From positions 1-61,931 of the forward strand of contig JAZDKC010000040.1 of NCBI GenBank assembly GCA_043803465.1: 61,931 nt of DNA, given 5' to 3'. Below the pieces are notes generated by a model that saw only the letters and a list, made by a program, of their open reading frames with translations, made no database searches and was not told the origin of the DNA. The position numbers were made by a program, and so were the translations under genes. Shown here in pieces: positions 8,901 through 17,304 of the stretch. How positions within the stretch are numbered: position 1 is the first letter of the stretch; every line of letters starts with the position of its first letter. This stretch comes from Candidatus Micrarchaeota archaeon. GTDB lineage: Archaea; Micrarchaeota; Micrarchaeia; Norongarragalinales; SBBD01.

Positions 8901-11900
8901 AATATCCCCGGCGGAATCGCTCGGAGTAATCTTCAGGCGGCCCTTGCCTTTCTTCTTTGAAACGCACTTGAGGACAGTCCCCTTGCCGGGTTCGAGCGTG
9001 CCTGTTGAAGGCGAGCAGCTTACCAATTGCGTGTCGCCGGTTACCGAGTAAGTGATTGCCTTGTCAAGATTGTTCACAGCCGCAATTGCACGCTCGTGAT
9101 TGATGCTCTTGAAGGAAAGCTTCATGAGCGCATTGTCGAACCTCACGTTCTGCTGGTCATCCGCATAATTGACATAGAAGCCGTTCATCATCTTCCGGAA
9201 TTGCTTGAACAGCGAGCCGCTGCATGTGCCCGTGCCCTTATCAAGCTTGATCTTTATGCCGATCTTCTCGGTCACCGCCTTCCCGTTGTATTCTCCAAAC
9301 AGGGTCACATATGTTTCGGAGTCGGGGTCGGTGACGCGGCCGTTCGCGCTTTCCAAAATGCAGCCGTCCTCATCCAGATATTGCGACGGCACGCCAATGT
9401 CGAGCCGGAAGGATTGGTATTTGCAGTTCTGCTTTGCAGGATCCACGGATTTGATGATCATCTTCGGATCCACTTGCCATGCGATTGGGCGGGTGACGCT
9501 CTTGAGCGCTCCATCCAGCTCCCCGCTAACTGACTCGCCGGTGTAGCCCACGTACCTCTTCTCGAGCGTCGTGCGGCTCATCAACGGATCGTCATCCAGC
9601 CTGAACTCCACCGCAAGGTTGGAAAAGCCCCAGTTCTGCACGCACACATACCTGGCCTGCGAGCCCTGTGCGTTCGTGTCGTCAAATTCCAAATCCAAAA
9701 GCTTGTCTGCGGTATCCGGCTTCCCGCCTTCAGGAGGCGCCTCGAATGCGACAAGAGGGCTGCTTGCATCCGCGATGAACGCGAATTTGTCCTTCTTCGC
9801 CTTGGTCTCGCAAAGTTCAAATGAAATCTTGTCTGCTTCCCTTACGACAATTTCCTGCGGCTTTTCGGGGTTGTTGGAAGTGCCCGGAAGCAGCCTCGCA
9901 TCCTCCTCGAACACTATTGATTTCACGGATGGAAGCTCATATTCGCGCGGCGCGTCTTCCCCGGCAATCTCGATCTTTATGTTCTTGCAGCCTCCCAGAT
10001 TCGCAATCTTTTGCTTATCATCGAATGTTTGGGCGGTTGAAGGCAGCGATACAGAAACCTCCTTCCCGAAAACCGCATGCAGCCAGTATTTGCCGTCATC
10101 ATCCTTCTTGATGGTTGCGACAATCGTCATGGTGCCCGGGATCGTCAATGTTTTCGGATCCGAGATGAAATCAGCGGAGGTGAAATCATATTGTTTCATC
10201 ATGAGCCTATTGCCCAGGAACGAGAACTCGTCCTTCTGCTCGTGATCCGCAAGCTTTATCTCAGCCGCTTCCGCAAACCGGAATGAATGATAAATCTCCT
10301 CTATTTTCTGCTTGTATGGCTCGAGCTTCGGCTGCAGGAATACGTCCCCGGGGATTTCAGCCATTACGGGGAATGAGAACCGCATCTCAAAATCGCGGCC
10401 TTCGGGAGTCGGGTCTATCTGCGTGAACGTGACGCCCTTCAATGAATCCAATTTCGCAAGGGCAATGTCATTGTAATTGTCGTTCCTCTGGAATGCGAGG
10501 CGCTCGACAGCGTATATCACCCTATAGCCCTCGTTTTCATTCCGTATTGAATTGGGGGGCGTGAGGAGCGCATTCGCGAGCGGGAAGTGGTAGGTCGTCT
10601 GTTCCGGGATCTTGATTGTGAACGATTCCGTCCCGTATTCGGATTTTTCAACCTTGATCATGCGGTTGCCAGCTCCAGGCGCGTTCGCGGAGAATGTGAT
10701 TTCAGTTCCTGCAGCGATCGTGACCTCCTTTGCCTCGAATGCCTTCTCATTCACTTCGACGTTCTCCATCAGCATCCTGTTGCCGTTCTCAAATTGTATC
10801 TGCGTCAGCGCGCCTTTCCTCTTCACTGCTGCCGAGGAGGGCAAATTGATTGTAATGCTTACGGGCAATTTCCTCGTGATCCCTACAACCCCGAAATCAG
10901 TAGGCTGGATGGTAATTGGCGCGGCCGGAAGCGCCTCTATCAATCTTGAGCCATCCGCATATTCGAGCCCGACCCTAGTGGTGCCCTGCGCAAAAAGCAG
11001 CTCATAAACTTCGGTTGAAATGGAGCGCGCCTGCGTTGCGCCGGCATCGAGCGCGAGCGCGATGCGGTCGCTCTTCGGAACCTTGAATTGCAGCTTGAAT
11101 GGCAATTGCAGGTGCAACTCGCCGTTCATCCCCTCCTGCGCATAAGGCGGCGGGATGCGGACAGCTGTTGCAGCCGGGATTGTAATTTTTCTTTGTTCAT
11201 TGAACAGGTCCCCGCTTCCACCGGTTGCAACGGGATCAGTTGAGGAGCGTGAATCCGGCGGCAATGTGATTGTCGTTCCCGAATCAAACTGAATGGCTCT
11301 GGAGCCGGTATAATCATCCGTCCTTATCCGGACCCTTTCTTGAATGACAAAAGTGGTGTCGACGGGGAAGTAGACTTCAATCGAGTCCTGGGAATTCGTG
11401 AAGGGGGTGAGCTGTATTCCGATGTAGGTGTTCGGCGGGATTGTCGCTCGCCTTTCATTGGAGCTTCTGCCCCGGACCAATGGAACCGAGGATGGGAAGT
11501 ACAAATCAAAATCCTCAATGCTTGCGATCTTCTGGCTGTCCTTCTGGGAGAATTCGGTTTCAGGCTCAAAATCAATGAAGGTGGTGAATGGGAACGCAAG
11601 CTTGTAGGAACTTGTTGATAATGACCGCGCATATGGGGACAAACCGGTGGTGCTAAAACCAGTGTAGCCAATCGGCTGGAGCATCGGTGTTTGCTGCACG
11701 TATTTTGGCGATGCCTCGATGAAAACGCCTGCTGGCACTATTATATAGCTCCCCCCTCCGGATGTGACCGCAGGGAATGCTGGCTGATTGGCGTATGACG
11801 AATATTGGTTCGCACTGCTTGTCAATTGCGCACCTGCCCCGAAAATGAACCGTTCCTTGGAGGGCAATTCTATCAGGATGGTGCCATCTGCATTGTACTT

Positions 11901-14900
11901 TGTTTTTGTGTTCGCGGGCAATTGTGCGGTTAGGGAAACCGGAAGGGTAACTTGCAGCGCATTTTCAATCGTGCAGGTTTCAGTCGAGGCGACTGCAACC
12001 TCCGTGGTTGCCGTTTTCTTCGAGTTGATCCCGTTGCTGGAGGCGTAGAAATCGATTTTTCCCTTGAACGTCTCTTCCTCGAATTTGCAGGATTCGGTTG
12101 ATGTCGCGCGGCCGTAAACAGTGAATTCAGCTGTCTCGCCGATATCCAAATTCTTTGAAAGCGGTTCGACGTAAACATTCGGCGAGGAGGATTGGTGGTT
12201 GACAAGGATCGGGTACGGCGCATTGTTGGCGATGATGATCGTCTGCGATTCCTGCTTGATTTTCGGCGGCGCTACTGAGAAACTAAGGGAATCCGGCGAT
12301 ATGCTCCAAAGCGCGTTCAGGTCGTCCTGCTTGAAATCGGTCGTGACGGTGAAGGGGATGTCCTCAGTCTGCTCGGATGCGCCGAGCTTTGCAACTATGC
12401 GAACCTTTCCGGTGATTTTCTCCTTCAATACCTGCGGCTTGTTCGAGACCTTGATGATCAGGTCCGAAATTTCGGCCTCGAGATTGTTGGTATCCCGCTC
12501 AAGCCCCTTGACAGTTGCACCGCCCTTCTCCAAGGTTACATCCGTGTATTTTCCGGTTGTGGAAGTCAGCGTATAGGTTACCTTCAGCTCGTTTGAGAGA
12601 AGATTTTCAACATTGAACGCCGAGACCTCGATTTGATCGGAAGAGGTGGAGATTGAAAGCGCCCGGGTATCGAGCTGGAAAAGCGTGGTCGCCTGCGTCT
12701 GTATTGTGCCCGCCTTCACCTTGAAGCCTTCTGCTGTTACACGGAAGGAAACAGAGCCTATCGAGGGCGGATTCACATTTTCAATCACATAGGTGATGGT
12801 GCCATCCTTTGCCTCCTGCAATTCCGCCTCGAGCACCGCGCCGCCAAGCGCATCTGCTCCGCTTCCAAGGGTCACGAAAGCGTTCTTCAACGGCAGGTTG
12901 AGCGAGTCCGTCACGGTGAACACAACACGGTTTTCCTTCAATGCCTTCAATATCTTCCCGCCGCCCTTCTCCACTATCACATTAAATGAGACCTTCAAAT
13001 CCGGCTTCTCCCCGACGATGCGGAGCGACAGCGGCTTTGTTATCGTGCTTTCCCCGCTTTTTACCGATAATTGCAAATCGATGTTGTTGACGAGCCTTCT
13101 GGCTTGGAGGGTGAATCCGCCCTCTGCATTGTCCGAGGATGTGGAGAGCGACAAAATCTGCCGGTTCTCGGTTGTTTTCAATACGGCCTTGGAGGCACCC
13201 GAAAGCCCTTCGGTGAGAGAGATAGTTTGGTCATCCAATGGCGCGGACAATTCAACTGTCGCCCCCTTTGGTGCAACGATCTTGAAGTTCAATTTGAATG
13301 TTTCGGAAATCGGCGCCTCAAAATTATCCTCAGCCGTGCCTGAGCTTCCCTCGAAATTGCTCTGCAGGCAGATCCCGTTGTCGCATTTGCCCTCGAAGGA
13401 TATTGTGAGCGATTGGGCCTGCATATTTGCAAGGAACGCGCCACGGGGCGCGGAATTGTCGATCGGGTCCCGCAGGACCTCCTTGTCAGTAAAGAACGCC
13501 GACCTGTATTGCAGTTCCACCTTCCCATTCGAAACGGCGCGCGTCCTGAATTGGACGCTCACCTCCTTGCTGCCTTCAAAGGGCTGGAAATCAAAATGGG
13601 CATATTTGTAAGCGTCAGAATCCACGTCCGCGAGGTTGAGCGATGCGGCTGCCGAAGGCGTTTCCGTGCCCTCGATATTCGGCTGCAGGGTCGCAATTGC
13701 CGACGCATCCGTTGAAGTGCCCTTCGTGACAACGGCACCGACCGCATCATAACCGATTATCTCCGCTTGCTCGTTCTCCAAGGCCACACCGGCATTTCCA
13801 ATCCTAACCTGCACCTCAACCCGCGTTATTTTAACTTTCGGCCGGTTGATTACAAACCTTGCGTTATAAGTCGTCGAGGGTGAAAGCGTATTTACCTGCT
13901 CGCCTTTCAAGTTGAAAACCCCGGAATATGCGATCTTCGTTTTCTGCGCGATTTCCGAGAGCATGATCCCGAAGCTGACCTTGTTGTCGATGTTGGGCTT
14001 CACCTCGAATTCGCTCGAGGTAAAAAGGTCGTATTTGTTCGCGCTTACTATTGCGACATAGAAGCCTTCCTGCAATTGCGCGGTGCACCTGCCGGCCTTG
14101 GTTGTGCAGCTTGCAATGGGGGAGAACTCCACATCCGAAGGCGAGAACTCCACCTTCGCATTGTCCACATTCTTGCCTGTGAAGTGGTCCTTCACCAAAA
14201 CGACTGCTCGGCCTTTCGCGGGCTTCAACGCGACTTTCAATAAATTGATTCCCGTTTCCTCGCCGGTGCCGGCAAGTGAGAGCTCAACAATGCTGCTCAT
14301 GCCGTTCCTTCCGTTGAAGGATGCCTTCGCATAAATTTTCACAAGCGGCAATTCTTCATAGCTGGCAATGCCATCATTGCCGGCGATCTTGTCAATTGAC
14401 CCGACAGGGGTTCCATCCTCATAGAAAAGCGAAACTGCTGATTGCGGAACCGCATCCCCGTTCTGGTTCTCCACCTGCACCTTCAATTTTGCGGAGTTGG
14501 CGGTGCTTGCGGATTCCATGTAAACGGTGTAGCTGTTGCCTTTTTCCGCATTCTGGAGGGTTGCAGGCAGGAAGCCGGGCTTTACAACAGTTATATAATA
14601 CTGGCCGCTTCCGACATCGTTGAAAAGCGCAACGCCGTCCATCGGATTGCTCTCCCCTACCTTCGTGAATTTTTCATCGTATAGCTTTGCTACCGGATTG
14701 ACAATTTGCGAATCGCCCATGTCGAGCACAATCACCTTGATCGCCTTGAGCTCCGCTTCCGGGATTTTGTCAAGCGCCAAAAGGAAGTTTGTCTCGTCCT
14801 CGATTGTTTTCTCAGCGGATTTGACCACATATCCCTGAAGGCGTGCAACTGCCTTCACAATTTTCCCTATCGCCAGTTCCTGCGGGCTGATCTCCCCGTT

Positions 14901-15776
14901 CTCCCCGGTTTTCAGATTGGTGAATATTTTCGTGTTGGTTACCGAATCGATAATATCGACGGAAACATCCTTCAATGCCCTTGCAGTCGCAGCATCCGTG
15001 ACATGCACGCGCACTTTTCCATTTATGATCTTGTCCCTTGGCCTTAATGTAATTGAGATGCTCTCGTCGTTCTCCTTCAAATAAATGGTCCGGTTTTCCT
15101 TGTTGTATCCTTGCGCCTCCACTTTCACAAAAAATTCCGTATTCACGGCAAGATCGGAGTATGAGACGGCAAGCCCGGGTTTTGGCGAGCCCGGAACTGA
15201 AAGCCTGTCAGGACCCTCGAACAAATAAATTTGCGCGCTTTCCCCGCTTCCCAGTCCTTTCAAATTGACCGTCAGGCTCACCTTGGGCTCGATTAACGGA
15301 GCGGAAAGGGCGAGGATGAAGGTGGATTTGGTCGGTGTGACTGCAATGCGGTCACTTTCAAAGTTCAATGACTCTCCCTGGAAATCCGAAGCCGCTACAA
15401 GGAATGCGGTTCCTATTTTGATCTTTTCAAAAGTGACTTTTCCATCCTCGTCGGTAGTCGCTTTTTCCGGCGAGGGCACGTCATTGCTTTCGGGGGTCAG
15501 CATTACCTCGGTGTTCGCAAGCGGCCTTCCGGCCGAATCCTTTAATGTGAGCAGGATCGAGGTTTCCTTCGGCGCGAAAATGCTCACCTGGCCGCCTCCG
15601 AGCGTGAGGTAGAGCGTGCCGCCAACTAGGAGCAATAGCAAAACCAAAAAGAAGGGCATCGCGGGGATCCCTTTTTCCTCGAGCGAATCCGAGATGCCGC
15701 GCAGAGGCAGGCCTTTCTCATCAGACCATTCCAGCAGGGATTCCCACTTCTCCTGAAGGCTTTCCGCTATTCCCAT
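5961..15776 (-). CDS. Giant (3271 aa) membrane-anchored surface protein
   Basis: The ORF is uninterrupted. It has a short N-terminal cytoplasmic segment, a TM helix (MPFFLVLLLLLVGGTLYLTL), many beta-sandwich-like repeats of the carboxypeptidase-regulatory/Cna-B style (e.g. LTLKDSAGRPLANTEVML...DEDGKVTFEKIKIG), a Gly/Ala-rich hydrophobic cluster near nt ~7480-7960, and a ~500-aa C-terminal region with coiled-coil-like segments. Confidence 0.9.
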   Translation of the reverse strand: MGIAESLQEKWESLLEWSDEKGLPLRGISDSLEEKGIPAMPFFLVLLLLLVGGTLYLTLGGGQVSIFAPKETSILLTLKDSAGRPLANTEVMLTPESNDVPSPEKATTDEDGKVTFEKIKIGTAFLVAASDFQGESLNFESDRIAVTPTKSTFILALSAPLIEPKVSLTVNLKGLGSGESAQIYLFEGPDRLSVPGSPKPGLAVSYSDLAVNTEFFVKVEAQGYNKENRTIYLKENDESISITLRPRDKIINGKVRVHVTDAATARALKDVSVDIIDSVTNTKIFTNLKTGENGEISPQELAIGKIVKAVARLQGYVVKSAEKTIEDETNFLLALDKIPEAELKAIKVIVLDMGDSQIVNPVAKLYDEKFTKVGESNPMDGVALFNDVGSGQYYITVVKPGFLPATLQNAEKGNSYTVYMESASTANSAKLKVQVENQNGDAVPQSAVSLFYEDGTPVGSIDKIAGNDGIASYEELPLVKIYAKASFNGRNGMSSIVELSLAGTGEETGINLLKVALKPAKGRAVVLVKDHFTGKNVDNAKVEFSPSDVEFSPIASCTTKAGRCTAQLQEGFYVAIVSANKYDLFTSSEFEVKPNIDNKVSFGIMLSEIAQKTKIAYSGVFNLKGEQVNTLSPSTTYNARFVINRPKVKITRVEVQVRIGNAGVALENEQAEIIGYDAVGAVVTKGTSTDASAIATLQPNIEGTETPSAAASLNLADVDSDAYKYAHFDFQPFEGSKEVSVQFRTRAVSNGKVELQYRSAFFTDKEVLRDPIDNSAPRGAFLANMQAQSLTISFEGKCDNGICLQSNFEGSSGTAEDNFEAPISETFKLNFKIVAPKGATVELSAPLDDQTISLTEGLSGASKAVLKTTENRQILSLSTSSDNAEGGFTLQARRLVNNIDLQLSVKSGESTITKPLSLRIVGEKPDLKVSFNVIVEKGGGKILKALKENRVVFTVTDSLNLPLKNAFVTLGSGADALGGAVLEAELQEAKDGTITYVIENVNPPSIGSVSFRVTAEGFKVKAGTIQTQATTLFQLDTRALSISTSSDQIEVSAFNVENLLSNELKVTYTLTSTTGKYTDVTLEKGGATVKGLERDTNNLEAEISDLIIKVSNKPQVLKEKITGKVRIVAKLGASEQTEDIPFTVTTDFKQDDLNALWSISPDSLSFSVAPPKIKQESQTIIIANNAPYPILVNHQSSSPNVYVEPLSKNLDIGETAEFTVYGRATSTESCKFEEETFKGKIDFYASSNGINSKKTATTEVAVASTETCTIENALQVTLPVSLTAQLPANTKTKYNADGTILIELPSKERFIFGAGAQLTSSANQYSSYANQPAFPAVTSGGGSYIIVPAGVFIEASPKYVQQTPMLQPIGYTGFSTTGLSPYARSLSTSSYKLAFPFTTFIDFEPETEFSQKDSQKIASIEDFDLYFPSSVPLVRGRSSNERRATIPPNTYIGIQLTPFTNSQDSIEVYFPVDTTFVIQERVRIRTDDYTGSRAIQFDSGTTITLPPDSRSSTDPVATGGSGDLFNEQRKITIPAATAVRIPPPYAQEGMNGELHLQLPFKLQFKVPKSDRIALALDAGATQARSISTEVYELLFAQGTTRVGLEYADGSRLIEALPAAPITIQPTDFGVVGITRKLPVSITINLPSSAAVKRKGALTQIQFENGNRMLMENVEVNEKAFEAKEVTIAAGTEITFSANAPGAGNRMIKVEKSEYGTESFTIKIPEQTTYHFPLANALLTPPNSIRNENEGYRVIYAVERLAFQRNDNYNDIALAKLDSLKGVTFTQIDPTPEGRDFEMRFSFPVMAEIPGDVFLQPKLEPYKQKIEEIYHSFRFAEAAEIKLADHEQKDEFSFLGNRLMMKQYDFTSADFISDPKTLTIPGTMTIVATIKKDDDGKYWLHAVFGKEVSVSLPSTAQTFDDKQKIANLGGCKNIKIEIAGEDAPREYELPSVKSIVFEEDARLLPGTSNNPEKPQEIVVREADKISFELCETKAKKDKFAFIADASSPLVAFEAPPEGGKPDTADKLLDLEFDDTNAQGSQARYVCVQNWGFSNLAVEFRLDDDPLMSRTTLEKRYVGYTGESVSGELDGALKSVTRPIAWQVDPKMIIKSVDPAKQNCKYQSFRLDIGVPSQYLDEDGCILESANGRVTDPDSETYVTLFGEYNGKAVTEKIGIKIKLDKGTGTCSGSLFKQFRKMMNGFYVNYADDQQNVRFDNALMKLSFKSINHERAIAAVNNLDKAITYSVTGDTQLVSCSPSTGTLEPGKGTVLKCVSKKKGKGRLKITPSDSAGDINEYIRYVNIEVFEPEPDFKALYSASPLGDLAPQEAATAEAEVTLSGYVDRFYSDVNAQSFADDAPSSVGPKPQVFTTLDASVMKCQTNFCTSVQVETAFTEFAGEFKTLVETLASDAEYPNDLTKFCEKTLSDGGYKKSIVLQAANSETLLDSERSLELSKSEFDSILKQSDDGFKITTSTVDVKGCGVYILEGRLDICKFATAPSKKADWLKYSNIEFRLTPGMECNFTLANAALLVAERGNTEGVVGRELSTGIGWNIGDDSGSEAGGLIGLLDKVQLFTVGPYKRTANRVDIQNLNILYRTLYKIDRSEAMAVAEPYEAGWYCAGYMTGGVVATMGVASLALGGSLLTNFGKALTGVGAPSAVWNEVMAIKAAYGLSTTAALCGASIYQGLTFRAADTSKTPVCEVANNCLAGGFAGATELLITAIPGGGEGLKFGAAFGGKFLFELVGFVALTTAIDGVTAGYNFVTGDDTPTYTSTPAMYGGLKVAKTFGSRAYLMDYLTRSGMGIKDASTLAGRIMEANSPVAGTLAAAQTLGFDTATGTTNLDWYDQQLNAKRVGLTKAEMMAQFEKDLTQNPEAFMMRQNELTKAYEQMDPKGFADAAKKRGNIVEEMKLLRSEREALKKEHTALTGKRPPSKLTGAAAFRYGEIAQDISAVDQTLISYADDFFTEEEKLTQKAIDTLSRRFKGVGTPAVLSSKAKALLNVEALTDPAGAYAKLGLTTEQANKLVGEVKRQEQAAKGRLRRFFGGEYGELERFRKSRNIISLLIPLLFHVDVRPVQGALDYRFPHHLVSYNVDEGSALSWDKASMRRICARNLGEEEGCLNALDSGAMCDPADSSICIYLIKGRQYATEQGYTLITGVNKGIDPEKLYKSLFLTIEAPVTKMDISADQVFTQVVDKITDLPAAPSDETPVQQPNAAVAARNMYEQLRDACEVNGYCPGSITGEYLDSISEKLDAQPDWALNDMLSKSKITK

Positions 15777-15808
15777 AAGAAAATCTGAAAAAGGATAGAA
15801 TATTTATG

Positions 15809-15816
15809 TATATAAA
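15809..15816 (-). promoter_or_regulatory. TATA-box candidate for the giant gene
   Basis: The minus strand reads TTTATATA ~33 nt upstream of the ATG at 15776, in an AT-rich intergenic region. Confidence 0.35.
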
Positions 15817-15954
15817 CGCTCTTGTGGCGCCTATTGCGGCTCAATGAAAAGTTGCGGGCTAATTTTAGGAATATTTTCAATTTTCAATCCTATTTTTCAC
15901 ATAATTTTTTCAGATAATTGGCCGGAGCGCCATAACCGCCCGCCATCCGATTGG

Positions 15955-16788
15955 TCAGGCCGCCGTCCTCTTCACAATAATTATCTCCTTCCTTCCCTGC
16001 CGGAACGGGACAATCAATTCGCGCTCCTCGACCTCGATCCTTTTTCCGGATCTTTCCGCGTAAACCACGAATTTCTTGCTTACTGGCAGGGATTCAAAAA
16101 ATGCGGTCCCATCTGCCGCTGTTTTTGAGGAATATTTTTCATCGAAAGTTGCGGCATCGGCAAGGAAAATTGTGGCATTCTTGAGGACATTGCCCTCCGG
16201 GGTCTGGATTGCGAGGTAAATGCCAACCTCCCTTGATTCGAATGCAAGGATTCCCACGGATATTATGGGAAGAATCGCCGCAATCGCAATTACAGCAACC
16301 AAAATCAATATCGGAAGAGGGGGCAATCCGTGCTGCGAGAATTTGCTTGAAATCCGGCTGAAAAAAGGGCCTTTCCTGTAAGAGTGGAAAACGGATTTTT
16401 TCGTGTAATATTGGGGCACGTATCCGGGCTGTTTTTGGGATGTTGCGCCTTGAGCTGCTTCCTTTTTGCCCGAAACGTACTTTTGCCTCGCCAATTCCAG
16501 CTGCCGCCTCTTTTCAATTTCCAAACCGATTTTTTCATTCGGAAAAGCAGCAGGAGGGCGGGAAATGGATTTTTCCATTTGATGCCTGGGAATTTGATGA
16601 ATGATCGAATCGGGGGCCTTTTCCGGATGCTTTTGGTGCCGCTCCGGAATATGCGTCCGGGCGTGTGATGCAAGCCTGCCTTCGGCTTTATTATTCGCGG
16701 CCTTATTTTCCCTGAATTCGAACTTCTTCGAATCGAGGATCATGCCTTTGATCCTGTACCGGATGCGTGCGAGGTGCTTGTTGGCCAT
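15955..16788 (-). CDS. Hypothetical single-pass membrane protein with C-terminal beta-sandwich domain
   Basis: 277-aa ORF with a basic, disordered-looking N-terminal half, a TM helix (LPPLPILILVAVIAIAAILPIISVGILAF), then a carboxypeptidase-regulatory-like segment (IQTPEGNVLKNATIFLAD...ADGTAFFESLP). It sits directly upstream of the giant gene on the same strand. Confidence 0.65.
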   Translation of the reverse strand: MANKHLARIRYRIKGMILDSKKFEFRENKAANNKAEGRLASHARTHIPERHQKHPEKAPDSIIHQIPRHQMEKSISRPPAAFPNEKIGLEIEKRRQLELARQKYVSGKKEAAQGATSQKQPGYVPQYYTKKSVFHSYRKGPFFSRISSKFSQHGLPPLPILILVAVIAIAAILPIISVGILAFESREVGIYLAIQTPEGNVLKNATIFLADAATFDEKYSSKTAADGTAFFESLPVSKKFVVYAERSGKRIEVEERELIVPFRQGRKEIIIVKRTAA

Positions 16789-16809
16789 GGAAGAAGAAAG
16801 AATCCATTA

Positions 16810-16817
16810 AATATAAA
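16810..16817 (-). promoter_or_regulatory. TATA-box candidate for the 277-aa gene (near-leaderless spacing)
   Basis: The minus strand reads TTTATATT ~22 nt upstream of the ATG at 16788. Confidence 0.35.
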
Positions 16818-16842
16818 GCATATTCATTCCGAAACAGATTGC

Positions 16843-16908
16843 TTAACCCATCCTCCTTGGCAACGGGTAAATGGCCCCGCACTTCTTGCACACTTTCTCC
16901 TTGTGCTT
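16843..16908 (-). repeat. Second copy of the last 21 codons + stop of the zinc-ribbon gene
   Basis: The minus strand encodes KHKEKVCKKCGAIYPLPRRMG-TAA, identical in amino acids to 16960-17025. The 6 nucleotide differences are all synonymous (GGA/GGG, ATA/ATT, TAT/TAC, CTT/TTG, AGA/AGG). Confidence 0.9.
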
Positions 16909-16959
16909 GACACCCACAGGGAAACTACGTTTCCCTCCACGTGTCGCCGCCACCCTTCC
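16909..16959 (-). repeat. G-rich hairpin element (51 nt) between the two copies of the gene end
   Basis: The minus strand reads GGAAGGGTGGCGGC GACAC GTGG AGGGAAAC GTA GTTTCCCT GTGG GTGTC. The architecture matches 433-481 and 37128-37175. It is 17 sense codons long, in frame with the gene, with no stop. Confidence 0.75.
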
Positions 16960-17304
16960 TTAACCCATCCTTCTTGGAAGCGGATATATGGCTCCGCACT
17001 TCTTGCACACTTTCTCCTTGTGCTTCCAGTTGAGGTCGAAATCAATCCCGCCGCAGTCCGCGCAGCCGCGCACCTCCGCCTTATGAAAGTCGCGCCAGCC
17101 CTCCTTGCCATCCCTTCCCACAAACGATGTGTGCGAATACGCGACCTTCTCGTGCTGGTGGGTTGTTGTAGCTAGCTTGGTGTCGAACTTCTTCCTTTCG
17201 GACGCATGCCGGATCTTCTTGCTCGAGCAGCGGGGGCAGATCTGCGGGTCGTCGGATTCAAATAGCAATTTGCAATTGTCGCATTCGTATTTCATGGGAA
17301 TCAA
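16960..17304 (-). CDS. Small double zinc-ribbon protein
   Basis: 114 aa with CDNC-x10-CPRC and CADC-x14-CKKC. Its start overlaps the stop of the upstream epimerase gene (ATGA-type overlap, 17301-17304). Confidence 0.7.
   Translation of the reverse strand: MIPMKYECDNCKLLFESDDPQICPRCSSKKIRHASERKKFDTKLATTTHQHEKVAYSHTSFVGRDGKEGWRDFHKAEVRGCADCGGIDFDLNWKHKEKVCKKCGAIYPLPRRMG

Noticed and set aside
16909-16959. Hairpin elements as bulge-helix-bulge introns or known self-cleaving ribozymes (hammerhead, twister, pistol)
   Set aside because: The fold is a simple hairpin with a symmetric 3x3 or 4x4 internal loop, not two 3-nt bulges separated by a 4-bp helix. I could not find the hammerhead CUGAUGA/GAAA core or the twister conserved nucleotides. 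This was only checked by eye, so an unknown catalytic motif is not excluded.
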